Shown one piece after another: positions 52,766 to 64,000 of a stretch of DNA of 64,000 nt. Position numbers and translations under genes: made by a program. The notes under the pieces are model-generated. The model saw only the letters and a program-made list of their open reading frames with translations. It ran no database searches and was not told where the DNA came from. The stretch lies in contig CM075990.1 in NCBI GenBank assembly GCA_038087875.1, positions 16,556,001 through 16,620,000 on the forward strand, given 5' to 3'. The stretch comes from Malacoraja senta. Taxonomy: Eukaryota. The stretch's first letter is position 1. The number at the start of each line of letters is the position of its first letter.

Positions 52766-54339
52766 AAGGCTATGCCATTGAGTATTTGATAAAATAGTCG
52801 AGAATGTATTATTGTCATGTGCTGAACAAACAATAACATTCTTACTTGCAGAAACTTAACAGGTTTGCAATCACTACACAATAGATAAAATAAGAAACAA
52901 AGAGACACAAAAACTGGAGTAACTCAGCGGGACAGGCAGCATCTCTGGAGAGATGGAATAGGTGACGTTTCGGGTCGAGACCCTCTTCATTCCTTCTCTC
53001 CTGTCCTGCTGCGTTACTCCAGCTTTTTGTGTCTATCTTCGATTTAAACCAGCATCTGCAATTCCTTCCTACATGTAAAAAAACAACGTTTTTTAAAAAA
53101 AAGGCTAAATGTGTAAGGAGGAGCTGCAGATGCTGGTTAAACCGAAGACAGACATGAAAAGCTGGATGGAGCGTAAAAATGCTGTTCGTTCAATTAAAAC
53201 AATATTGTACAAAAGAAAAACCATGGCCAATGTGCAATCAAGGCAATTTGTAGTTCGCCGTTTGGTTGGAGTTCGGAGCATTCAATAGCCTGATGATGGG
53301 AAGAAGCTGCTCCCGAACCTGGATGTTACAGTTTTCAAGCTCCTGTACCACCTTTATGATAGCAGGAGCGAAATGAGTGTGTGGCCAGGATGGTGTGGGT
53401 CCTTGATGCTGGACAGTGGCGCAGCGGGTGACCAGATTAGCTGGTCTGAAAACGGCTCTCATGTCAGATGTGGACTTATCCAATTAACATCTGCTCCCAT
53501 TTTACTCTTGTTTAAGAAGGAACTGCAGATGCTGGAAAATCGAAGGTAGACAAAAGTGCTGGAGAAACTCAGCGGGTGCAGCAGCATCTCTGGAGCGAAG
53601 GAAATAGGCAACATTTCGGGCCGAAACCCTTCTTCGGCCCAACACGTTGCCTATTTCCTTCGCTCCATAGATGCTGCCGCACCCGCTGAGTTTCTCCAGC
53701 ACTTTTGTCTACCTCCCATTTTACTCTTCCTAGCTCTCTTATAATAATGCTTTAATTTGCCCCCTCCACATTAGCACTTTGCCCCAAGTTCCAGATTTAT
53801 CCAGACTATCTTCAAACTTAAGGTATCACCAAGGCTCTATAGATTTGATCAGATTCTCTAGCAATACAGAGTACATGCACTTGCCCTCCCAAATGCACCA
53901 CATTCAGGGCATACCCAGGGTATGCAAATAGCGGCCACCTACGGTGCTGACAAAGTTACAATTGCGCTGGCTTCTCCTTTGTTCTCCCCCACAGGTTCTC
54001 CCTCCCCAACACCGGCTGTCCACTGTTCTCCCCCCACTCCCCATTGTCCCACCACGTTGAGTCCTCCATTGTCTTTCCCCTCCCCTCATGGCTGTTCCCC
54101 ACTCTCATCGTCCATATCGCGCACAAATGATCCATATCCCTCTATTCCCTGTACATCCATGTGTCTTATCGAAAAGTGTCTTAAATGCCACTAACATTGC
54201 CTCCACCACCACCCCTGGCAGTGCTTTCTAGGCCCACACCACCCTCTAAAAATAAATACATATATAAAAGCACGTCTTGGACATCTTTAAACGTTGCCCC
54301 TCTCCCCTTAAAGTTATGCTTTGTTGGGGGGAGGGACTC

Positions 54340-57300
54340 AAATAGAGAATGCTATTAGACAGTGTGTGAGGCAGGAGGCAGAGAAGGAAAGCACTCAGAC
54401 CCAACATGTAGGGGGGAAAAGAAGAAAACAATAATAAACACAGAAAAGAGGTGGTGGGGTTCTTAAATGGGTGAGCAGAGAAACAGAGGGGTGTAAAATG
54501 CGGGCGGAAGCAATAGGTAGCAAGGTGAAAAGTAAAAGTGGCAGGCAGACAAATCCACGGCAAAAATCAAAAAGAGCCACTTTTCAACATAATTGTATAA
54601 GGGGTAAGAGCGTTGTAAAAACAAGCCTGAAGGCTTTGTGTCTCAATGCACGGAGCATTCGTAATAAGGTGGATGAGTTGAACGTGCAGATAGCAATTAA
54701 TGATTATGATATAGTTGGGATCACGGAGACATGGCTCCAGGGTGACCAAGGCTGGGAGCTGAACATCCAGGGATATTCAATATTCAGGAGGGATAGATGA
54801 GAAGGAAAAGGAGGTGGGGTTAGCGTTGCTGGTTAGAGGAGATTAACGCAGTGGAAAGGAAGGACATTAGCTTGGAGGATGTGGAATCGGTATGGGTAGA
54901 GCTGCGAAACACTAAGGGGCAGAAAACGCTGGTGGGTGTTGTGTACAGGCCACCTAGCAGTAGTAGTGAAGTTGGGGATGGCATCAAACAGGAAATTAGA
55001 AATGCGTGCAACAAAGGCAAAACAGTTATAATGGGTGACTTCAATCTACATATAGATTGGGTGAATCAAATTGGCAGGGGTGCTGAGGAAGAGGATTTCT
55101 TGGAATGTATGAGGGATAGTTATCTAAACCAACATGTAGAGGAACCAACGAGAGAGCAGGCTATTCTAGACTGGGTATTGAGTAATGAGGAAGGGTTAGT
55201 TAGCAGACTTGTTGTGCATGCCCCTTGGGCAAGAGGGACCATAATATGGTTGAGTTCTTCATTAGGATGGAGAGTGACATTGTTAATTCAGAAACAACGG
55301 TTCTGAACTTAAAGAAAGGTAACTTTGAGGGTATGAGACGTGAATTGGCCAAGATTGACTGGCAATTAGTTCTAAAAGGGTTGACGGTGGATATGCAATG
55401 GAAGGCATTTAAAGACTGCATGGATGAACTACAAAAATTGTTCATCCCAGTTTGGCAAAAGAATAAATCAGGGAAGGTAGTGCATCCGTGGATAACAAGG
55501 GAAATCAGGGATAGTATCAAAGCAAAAGATGATGCGTACAAATTAGCCAGAAAAAGCAGCATACCAGAGGACTGGGAGAAATTCAGAGACCAGCAGAGGA
55601 GGACAAAGGGCTTAATTAGGAAAGGGAAAATAGATTATGAAAGGAAACTGGCAGGGAACATAAAAACTGACTGCAAAAGTTTTTATAGATATGTGAAGAG
55701 AAAGAGATTAGTTAAAACAAATGTAGGTCCTTTGCAGTCAGAAACAGGTGAATTGATCATGGGGAACAAGGATATGGCGGACCAATTGAATAACTACTTT
55801 GGTTCCGTCTTCACTAAGGAAGACATAAATAATCTGCCGGAAATAGCAGGGGGCCGCGGGTCAAAGGAGATGGAGGAACTGAGTGAAATCCAGGTTAGTC
55901 GGGAAGTGGTGTTGGGTAAATTGAATGGATTAAAGGTCGATAAATCACCAGGGCCAGATAGGCTGCATCCCAGAGTACTTAAGGAAGTAGCTCCAGAAAT
56001 AGTGGATGCATTAGTGATAATTTTTCAAAACTCTTTAGATTCTGGAGTAGTTCCTGAGGATTGGAGGGTAGCAAATGTAACCCCATTTTTTAAGAAGGGA
56101 GGGAGAGAGAAAACGGGGAATTACAGACCAGTTAGTCTAACATCGGTAGTGGGGAAACTGCTAGAGTCAGTTATTAAAAATGGGATAGCAGCACATTTGG
56201 AAAGTGGTGAAATCATTGGACAAAGTCAGCATGGATTTACGAAAGGTAAATCGTGTCTGACGAATCTTATAGAATTTTTCGAGGATGTAACTAGTAGAGT
56301 GGATAGGGGAGAACCAGTGGATGTGTTGTATCTGGACTTTCAGAAGGCTTTCGACAAGGTACCACATAAGAGATTAGGATACAAACTTAAATCACACGGT
56401 ATTGGGGGTTCAGTATTGATGTGGATAGAGAACTGGCTGGCAAACAGGAAGCAAAGAGTAGGAGTAAACGGGTCCTTTTCACAATGGCAGGCAGTGACTA
56501 GTGGGGTACCGCAAGGCTCAGTGCTGGGACCCCAGCTATTTACAATTTATATTAATGATCTGGACGAGGGAATTGAAAGCAACATCTCCAAGTTTGCAGA
56601 TGACACTAAGCTGGGGGGCAGTGTTAACTGTGAGGAGGATGCTAGGAGACTGCAAGGTGACTTGGATAGGCTGGGTGAGTGGGCAAATGTTTGGCAGATG
56701 CAGTATAATGTGGATAAATGTGAGGTTATCCACTTTGGTGGCAAAAACGGGAAGGCAGACTATTATCTAAATGGTGGCCGATTAGGAAATGGGGAGATGC
56801 AGCGAGACCTGGGTGTCATGGTACACCAGTCATTGAAAGTAGGCATGCAGGTGCAGCAGGCAGTGAAGAAAGCGAATGGTATGATGGCCTTCATAGCAAG
56901 AGGATTTGAGTATAGGAGCAGGGAGGTTCTACTGCAGTTGTACAGGGTCTTGGTGAGACCACACCTGGAGTATTGTGTACAGTTTTGGTCTCCAAATCTG
57001 AGGAAGAACATTATAGCCATAGAGGGAGTGCAGAGAAGGTTCACCAGACTGATTCCTGGGATGTCAGGACTTTCATATGAAGAAAGACTGGATAGACTTG
57101 GCTTATACTCGCTAGAATTTAGGAGATTGAGAGGGGATCTTATAGAAACGTACAAAATTCTTATGGGGTTGGACAGGCTAGATGCAGGAAGATTGTTCCC
57201 GATGTTGGGGAAGTCCAGGACAAGGGGTCACAGCTTAAGGATAAGGGGGAAATCCTTTAAGACCGAGATGAGGAAAAACTTTTTCACACAGAGAGTGGTG

Positions 57301-57530
57301 AATCTCTGGAACTCTCTGCCACAGAGGGTAGTTGAGGCCAGTTCATTGGCTATATTTAAGAGGGAATTAGATGTGGCACTTGTGGCTAAAGGGATCAGGG
57401 GGTATGGAGAGAAGGCAGGTACGGGATACTGAGTTGGATGATCAGCCATGGTCATATTGAATGGCGGTGCAGGCTCGAAGGGCTGAATGGCCTACTCCTG
57501 CACCTATTTTATATGTATCTATGTATCTAT
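54340..57530 (+). mobile_element. Long CR1 LINE, near-complete ORF2 (APE endonuclease + RT) with frameshifts
   Basis: CLNARSI..GITETWL, GVVYRPP, MGDFN (endonuclease); YLDFQKAFDKV, GVPQGSVLGP, KFADDTK (RT; 735-aa ORF); (TATC/TATG) tail. 5' boundary approximate. Confidence 0.95.
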
Positions 57531-58949
57531 GCCATCTTGTTTTTGAACACGCCACCCAGGGAAACAATTTCCAGTCTCCTACCCTTCTTATGCCTTTCGT
57601 TACTTTGTATACTTCTATCAGGTCACCCCTCAACCTCTGACAATCCAAGTATGTTCAATATTCAAGAGAGTTTATTGTCATGTGTCCCAAATAGGACAAT
57701 GAAATTCTTGCTTTGCTTCAGCACAACAGAATATAGGAGGCATGAATACAGACCAGATCAGTGTGTCCATATGCCATTATATAAATATATACACACATGA
57801 ATAAATAAAATAGATAAAGTGCAGATAATGGGCTATTAATGTTCAGAGTTTTGTTTGAGTTGAGTTTAATAGCCTGATGGCTGTGTCCAACGCCACATAG
57901 CAAATACCCTCTAATCCAGACAGCATTCTGGCAAGTCTTTTCTGTATCCTCTACAAAGCCTCCATCTCTTTCCTGTATTGGGGCAACCAGAACTGCACAC
58001 AATACTCCAGATGCTGCCTAACCAAAGTCCTATTAAACTGCAGTACGTCTTTTGCTTCCGACACCCGTTTGGTTTGAGGATAATGAAAAGCAAGAGCCTC
58101 ATTCAAATGTTCTTAAAGGCTTGAGATTCTAATTTACATGGGTAAAGACAGTCTAAATTACATGAGATCAAGGGCAATGTCTCACATTTTAATTGAAAAG
58201 TTCTGTGATTTAATCAGAACATGGAATCCCACGTCAACGGAGAATGATTCAGTTTATGTCAAGAAGTCATCCTTAACAATCATATTCTATCTTTTTTTCC
58301 ACATCGTAAGTTTACAAGCCAATGGTTTAACAAAATAAATGATCAAAGAGATCAGATCTTTATATAATAATACTTGAGCATTTTGTTCTGTAATTCGGGC
58401 TTGATTTTTCAATTTAAAATGATTAAGAAACAAAAGAACCTTAAAGCTGGTGGGAAATCTAGGATTTGGAGAGTTTTCATTGATTAAAAAATTCCTTTTT
58501 CTAATCCATAAATTTCATTTTGTTTGAAGAATTCCAGCCATGAACAAAGGGTACAAACCAATGGCAATTGTCTGGTGGATGTTAGTTGCATGATGTTGGT
58601 TAAAACAAAAATCCATATGAGTGCGTGATGGAGTTTGTTTTAGTTATGAATACTGATCGTACAAAACACCGATTTAAAAACTAGAAAGAAACACTCCCTT
58701 AAACTAAGCAAAAGTAAAACAGCAAAACTCAAGCCCAATTTCAATACATCCATTTTCTTTTAATAGCAAGTGCTATGTTATGGTAGGGGGCACTGTAAGC
58801 CTGCTTTCAAGACTGTTCATAAAAATGTTTTAGCAAACAATAACAAGTGTTGCTTGCAAATTGTTCCTTTTCGTTTACAGTGCTAGAATCTCAGCAACTG
58901 TATCATTTTTAAACTGTTTATTTCATCATGAATTTTAAAAAAAAATATT

Positions 58950-60005
58950 TTAATTTTATTAGAAGTAAGTACAATCATATGGCACCAATGTGCCTAATAC
59001 ATTGACATAATACATTTTATGTACAGCTTCTTATTTTTTTTAAATTATAATAAAGAAGAAAAAGAAAAAGAATAGATAATAAAAGATAGAACATTATGAG
59101 ATATATAGTGTGTGAAAAATAAAAAAAAGAATGAAAGAAGAAAAGTGAAGAAAAGAAGATAGAAAGAAAGTAGAAAATAAAAAAGAAAATTAAGGAGATC
59201 ATTATTTATATTCTTGACCATCCCTCACCCAGTCCTGGAACAATTAGCTTCTACAATTGTGTTGCACCATATGCTTCCAAAAAGACGACAAATGGAGACC
59301 AACTCGTTAAGAATTGGTCTGATTTATCTATTAGGTGGAATCGCATTTCCTCAAGATGTGTGGTGTCCAACATGCTTGAAATCCACATTTTAAGTGTTGG
59401 TATGGGTGTATTTTTCCAGAATTTAAGTATTAGTTTTTTTGCTATTATTAAACCATAATTAAAAAATAAATTTTTAGATGAGTTCAATTCATTCTCATCT
59501 TCCATTACTCCAAATATGATCATTTCAGTATTAGGTTCCATTTTTATCTTGAATAATTTTGTAAATATTTCAAAAATATCACTCCAAAATTTATAAAGTT
59601 TTCTGCAGGAAACGAAAGTGTGTGTTATAGTTGCATTTTGGAATAAACATTTATCACAAATGGGGGATATATTTGGATAACATTTATTCAATCTAGTTTT
59701 TGAATAATATAATCTATGTAAAAGTTTTAATTGAATTAAATTACGTCTTGCATTAATCGAACATTTGTGTATATATATCAAATACTTTCCCCATGTAACC
59801 TTCGTAATTTTTATCATTAATTCCCGTTCCCACTCTTCTCTAAGTACCTCTGTCGATGGTAGGTCTATATTTAAAATACTATTATATAAATATGATATTA
59901 ATTTCTGTGTCAGCCTTAATATTCATTGCTTCTTCCAGTAAATCAAAAGTTATGTTTTGATATCCTTGTATGTATTTCTTCATGAAATCGCAAATCTGAA
60001 GATAT
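58950..60005 (-). mobile_element. Second copy of the same L1-type LINE 3' end
   Basis: Highly similar to 24040-25085 (ORF 59251..59817). Confidence 0.88.
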
Positions 60006-60333
60006 CCTGAATTTTTAAGCACATTTTGTTCAAAGCTCACCCAGTGATGGTTCATAGAGTCACAGAGTTTAGTTTAGAGATACAGAACGGAAACAGGCCC
60101 TTCGGCCCACCGAGCGCATGCCGACCAGCGATCCCTGTACACTAGCACTATCCTATACTATCCATCCTGGGGACAATTTTCAATTTTTACTGAAGCCAGA
60201 TTAATCTACAAACCTGTACGTCTTTGGAGTGTGGGAGGAAACCAAAGCACCTGGAGAAAGCCCATGCAGTCAAGGGGAGAACGTACAGATGGCACCAATA
60301 GTCAGGATCAACCCCGGGTCTCTGGCACTGTTT

Positions 60334-60724
60334 AGCCCCTGTCCCACTTAGGAGACCCAAACAGCAACCTCTGGTGACCTTGCCCGCCACCCAAAAAAAA
60401 ATCAGGGTCGAGGTGACCTGCAACCTCCTACCATCTCCCACGCATACGTTGAAAACCTTCCTTGACTATGAAGAAAACCGGCTTCGACTAGACCTGCGAC
60501 TAAAACATTATCGATTTTTAAAACGGCAACCTATTTTTAGCCGAGGCCGGTTTTAAACATGATGAAAAAATAGCAGCGACTTAGATGAAGCCTCGACCTC
60601 GCGGAAACCACTTTAGACCATTAGGGAGAGTGACCAAAACCTCCAGTGACCTCATGGAAACCTTGGGTGGCGGGCAAGGTCACCAGAGGTTGCTGTTTAG
60701 GTCTGCTAAGTGGGACAGGGGGCT
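60334..60724. mobile_element. PIF/Harbinger-type MITE nested in a V-SINE
   Basis: Terminal inverted repeats (TIRs) of about 60 bp starting AGCCCCTGTCCCACTTAG. The SINE sequence resumes at about 60728. Confidence 0.85.
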
Positions 60725-62309
60725 TAATAAGGCAGCATCTCTACTGCTGCGCCACCATGCCGCCTTATGTTGTACAGCATAGAAACGAGCTCTTTGGCCC
60801 TTCATGCCCATTCTGCCCATCATGCCTATCTATACTAATCCCACCTGTCTAGGCAGCCAGAATAATAATTACTGTACACAAAGTCCTCCCATATGCTTCT
60901 GAGACTTGTACAACCTACAGCGAGCACCTGGGAGCACTGGAAAGAGGTTGGCCATTTAGAACGGAGATGAGGAAAAACTTTTTCATCCAGAGAGTTCTGA
61001 ATCTGGAATTCTCTGCCTCAGAAGGCAGTGGAGGCCGATCCTCTGGATGCTTTCAAGAGAGAGTTAGATCGAGCTATTAAAGATAGTGGAGTCAAGGGAT
61101 ATGGGGCGAAGGCAGGAATGAGGTACTGATTGTTGATGATCAGCCATGATCATAGTGAATGGCGGTGCTGGCTCAAAGGGCTGAATGGCCTACTCCTGCA
61201 CCTATTGTCTATTGAAAGATAACAATAATTCTGTCTGCAAAATCCTCCAGATCCACTTGAATGATAAGTGAACCACCACTCTCAGGCCAACATTCCCAGC
61301 AATGAATATAGACACAAAAAGCAGGTCAGATAGGGAGAAAAGGAATAAGGTTCTCATGACACTCAATCAGCTCTGCTGGGCAGGGCACATTGTTTACGCG
61401 TCTGACACCATAGTCCAAAACATATTGCCTTTGTTGTGGGAAGAGGCTATCAGGAGAGTATTCAAGGACGCACTTTAAGCCTCCTGGGATTAATGTAACA
61501 TGCGCACTGGGTCCTAGAAATGCTTGTACCATGATCACTCGATGTGGACAAGGAGCGCACGATCTCACAAGCTACTCACTTACCCACCCAACCTATCAGG
61601 AACCTTCTGCCCCATCTGTGAAAGGCTCTCCATTGTAACATTGGGCTCTGCAGTCACTTCAGGACCCGGCGTGGGGGAACCGCTGAGAGGGGGGGGGGGT
61701 GAGAATAACGGAGGAGCCGGCCTGCGGTACTTGGTAACTTTGTTGGTGCCCTTTGTGTGGTGACTATTTGCATACCTTGGGTACCTTGCAAAACAAAGGA
61801 TATCACAAAGGATGCATGTGGCAATAAAGTTCATCCATTCAGAACCCACAAAACTGGAGTGAAAGCACATCATCCTCGATCACACGGAATGTCTAAGCAG
61901 AAGAAGATTGTCATTATTTTCTGTCGAAAATTGTTCTATTACCAGCTTTAAGGTATTCATTGTGTTTTCCCATGTAAAAGAGGGGTCCACAAAATGTTTT
62001 AATCTTCTTAATTGAAGAGCACCCATAGTGTCTTCTCTGGAGCGTCAGAGGTTGAGGCGAGACCCGATAGAAGTATATAAAATTGTACGAGGCATAGATA
62101 GAGTAGACATTCAGAACCTTGTATCCAGGCGGAAATGTTAAAGACTAGGGAGTGTTGCATTGATGTCAGAGGGGGAACATTTTTTACACAGAGGTTGGTG
62201 GGAGCCTGGAACCAAAGATACCAGAGGAGCGCTCTGCTAGTATCTGCCTGGGACGTTCTGCCTGGGGTAATTGTGCAACAGATAGGATAGTGACATTTTA
62301 AAGGCTTGT

Positions 62310-62824
62310 AGATACAGGTGCACAGTAGAGAGCATGCTGACCGGTTGCATCGTGGCTTGGTTCGGCAACTTGAGTGCCCTGGAGAGGAAAAGACTACAAA
62401 AAGTAGTAAACACTGCCCAGTCCATCATCGGCTCTGACCTCCCTTCCATCGAGGGGATCTACCACAGTCGCTGCCTCAAAAAGGCTGGCAGTATCATCAA
62501 GGACCCACACCATCCTGGCCACACACTCATCTCCCCACTACCTTCAGGTGGAAGGTACAGGAGCCTGAAGACTGCAACGACCAGGTTCAGGAACAGCTAC
62601 TTCCCCACAGCCATCAGGCTATTAAACCTGGCTCGGACATAACACTGAACTTTATTAGCCAATACTGTTATTTGCACTTTATCAGTATATTGACCATTGT
62701 GTATATATTTATAGAATGCCTTGTAGTAAATGCCTACTATGTTCTGTTGTGCTCAAGCAAAGCAAGAATTTCATTGTCCTACCAGGGACACATGACAATA
62801 AACTCACTTGACTTGACTTGACTT
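62310..62824 (+). mobile_element. Rex1/Babar LINE 3' fragment inside a CR1 remnant
   Basis: LTGCIVAWFGN..LQKVVNTAQSIIG..LPSGGRYRS..NSYFPTAIRLLN; (ACTTG)n tail. Confidence 0.85.
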
Positions 62825-63803
62825 GATAGGTCCATGGATATGCCAAAAATGGAGGGATATGGATCACGTGCAGGCAGAGTGGATTGACTTGGCATCATGT
62901 TCAGCCCAGACATCGTGGGTAAAAGGACTTGTTCATGTGCTGCACTGTTGTACGTTCAACTTTTACTTGGTTTCAACTTGTACAGAAGGTTGTGGTTTGT
63001 GCTTATTTGAGCTTGAGCCACATATCCAGGTGCGGCAATCTGTCTGAATGGAAAATGAGAGACAAGTCCTACCGTAAATGCGTTATGCATTTTAGTCATT
63101 GCATCACTGACGAATGCCCATCGTATGTTTACAGAGGACCGACTGACATTATATAACAAGTAACTTTAATGTCCTTAGCTGATTGAGTTGTTAGATTGCT
63201 TTGGTGGACATTACTAATGGCATTGCCTCCACTCAATGGCATTGAGTATTAATATCCTCCAAACATTACATTACATTTCGCTCAGATGTATGAACAAAAC
63301 GAGCAATATTAATATTTAATAGCAGTTAATATCTTTTAACTGATGTAAATAATTATAGTGACATTAATATAATATATTGGATCCATATATACCCATTGCT
63401 GCTTGAATTTAATAAAAGTAATATATCACAGATTTGCTCATCTGTGTGTCATCAATTAGACTTTAACTAATCATTTTCTTAGGATAATTAAACATTTCAG
63501 TCCATAAATGTTGATTATCCAATACGTGCCTAAATATTTTTAAAGCAACTTAATTATCTGACTGCAATATTAACTGAAGACACAAGGAATGAGGCAAAAT
63601 ACTAAATATTTACAGTAAACACACTTTTAATATGTTGTATGTAAAATGGTGGATGTGGTCAGCAGGATAGGTCACACCCATAGAGAGAAGTAGACTTAAT
63701 GTTTCTGGTCAGCACCTCTTCAGCAGAACCGAAGAATTTACTGATCTGGACTCTATATTCTTAAAAGGACACCGAGGTAGTGAGACAGACACAAATGCTG
63801 TAG

Positions 63804-63945
63804 TCTTCTTCTTCTTGCGTATGGCGTGCACAGGCTAAAGTTGTGGAACAACTTGTTCTATTTGACCTTATTTGCTTGTGCACACCAGGTTGATTGCATT
63901 CGTTGAAACAGGGCGGACCACGTGAAGGTTACAATCTCCCACCCC
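63804..63945 (-). mobile_element. 142-bp non-autonomous retroelement (probably Ingi/Vingi- or RTE-mobilised) with ribozyme head and (AAG)n tail
   Basis: 10-bp TSD AATGCTGTAG at 63794-63803 and 63946-63955. 3' end is CCATACGC(AAG)n. Inserted into a Penelope-derived short repeat. Confidence 0.8.
63892..63945 (-). ncRNA. Minimal HDV-like (CPEB3-type) ribozyme motif
   Basis: GGGGUGG-GA-GAUUGUA-ACC-UUCACGU-GGU-CCGCCCU-GU-UUCAA-CGAA-UGCAAUC. P1 7 bp, P2 7 bp, P3 3 bp, L3 UUCACGU, J4/2 CGAA. Confidence 0.85.
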
Positions 63946-64000
63946 AATGCTGTAGCAACTCAGCGGGACAGGCAGCATCTCTGGAGAGAAGGAATGGGTG

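Overview
Vertebrate genomic DNA, most likely from a cartilaginous fish (skate or ray; inferred from the repeat families). It holds two divergently transcribed housekeeping genes about 1.7 kb apart. The first is the 5' half of PARG (poly(ADP-ribose) glycohydrolase) on the minus strand. Seven coding exons were read with splice sites, and a putative small exon 2 and a 5'UTR exon were also found; the gene continues past position 1. The second is a complete RPS24 on the plus strand, with a 5'TOP start, ATG-only exon 1, a set of alternative 3' microexons and a poly(A) signal. The rest is mostly transposon debris: CR1, L1-type, Rex1/Babar and RTE-related LINEs, V-SINEs, Penelope-like elements and several MITEs. 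The most notable signals are ribozyme motifs in retroelements. One is a 142-bp insertion with a 10-bp target-site duplication (TSD) that begins exactly at G1 of a compact, essentially P4-less HDV/CPEB3-type ribozyme fold (63892-63945, minus). The other is a Penelope-derived short-element family carrying minimal hammerhead cores, often as fold-back palindromes with 14-16 bp TSDs. All calls come from manual reading; no searches or folding programs were run.
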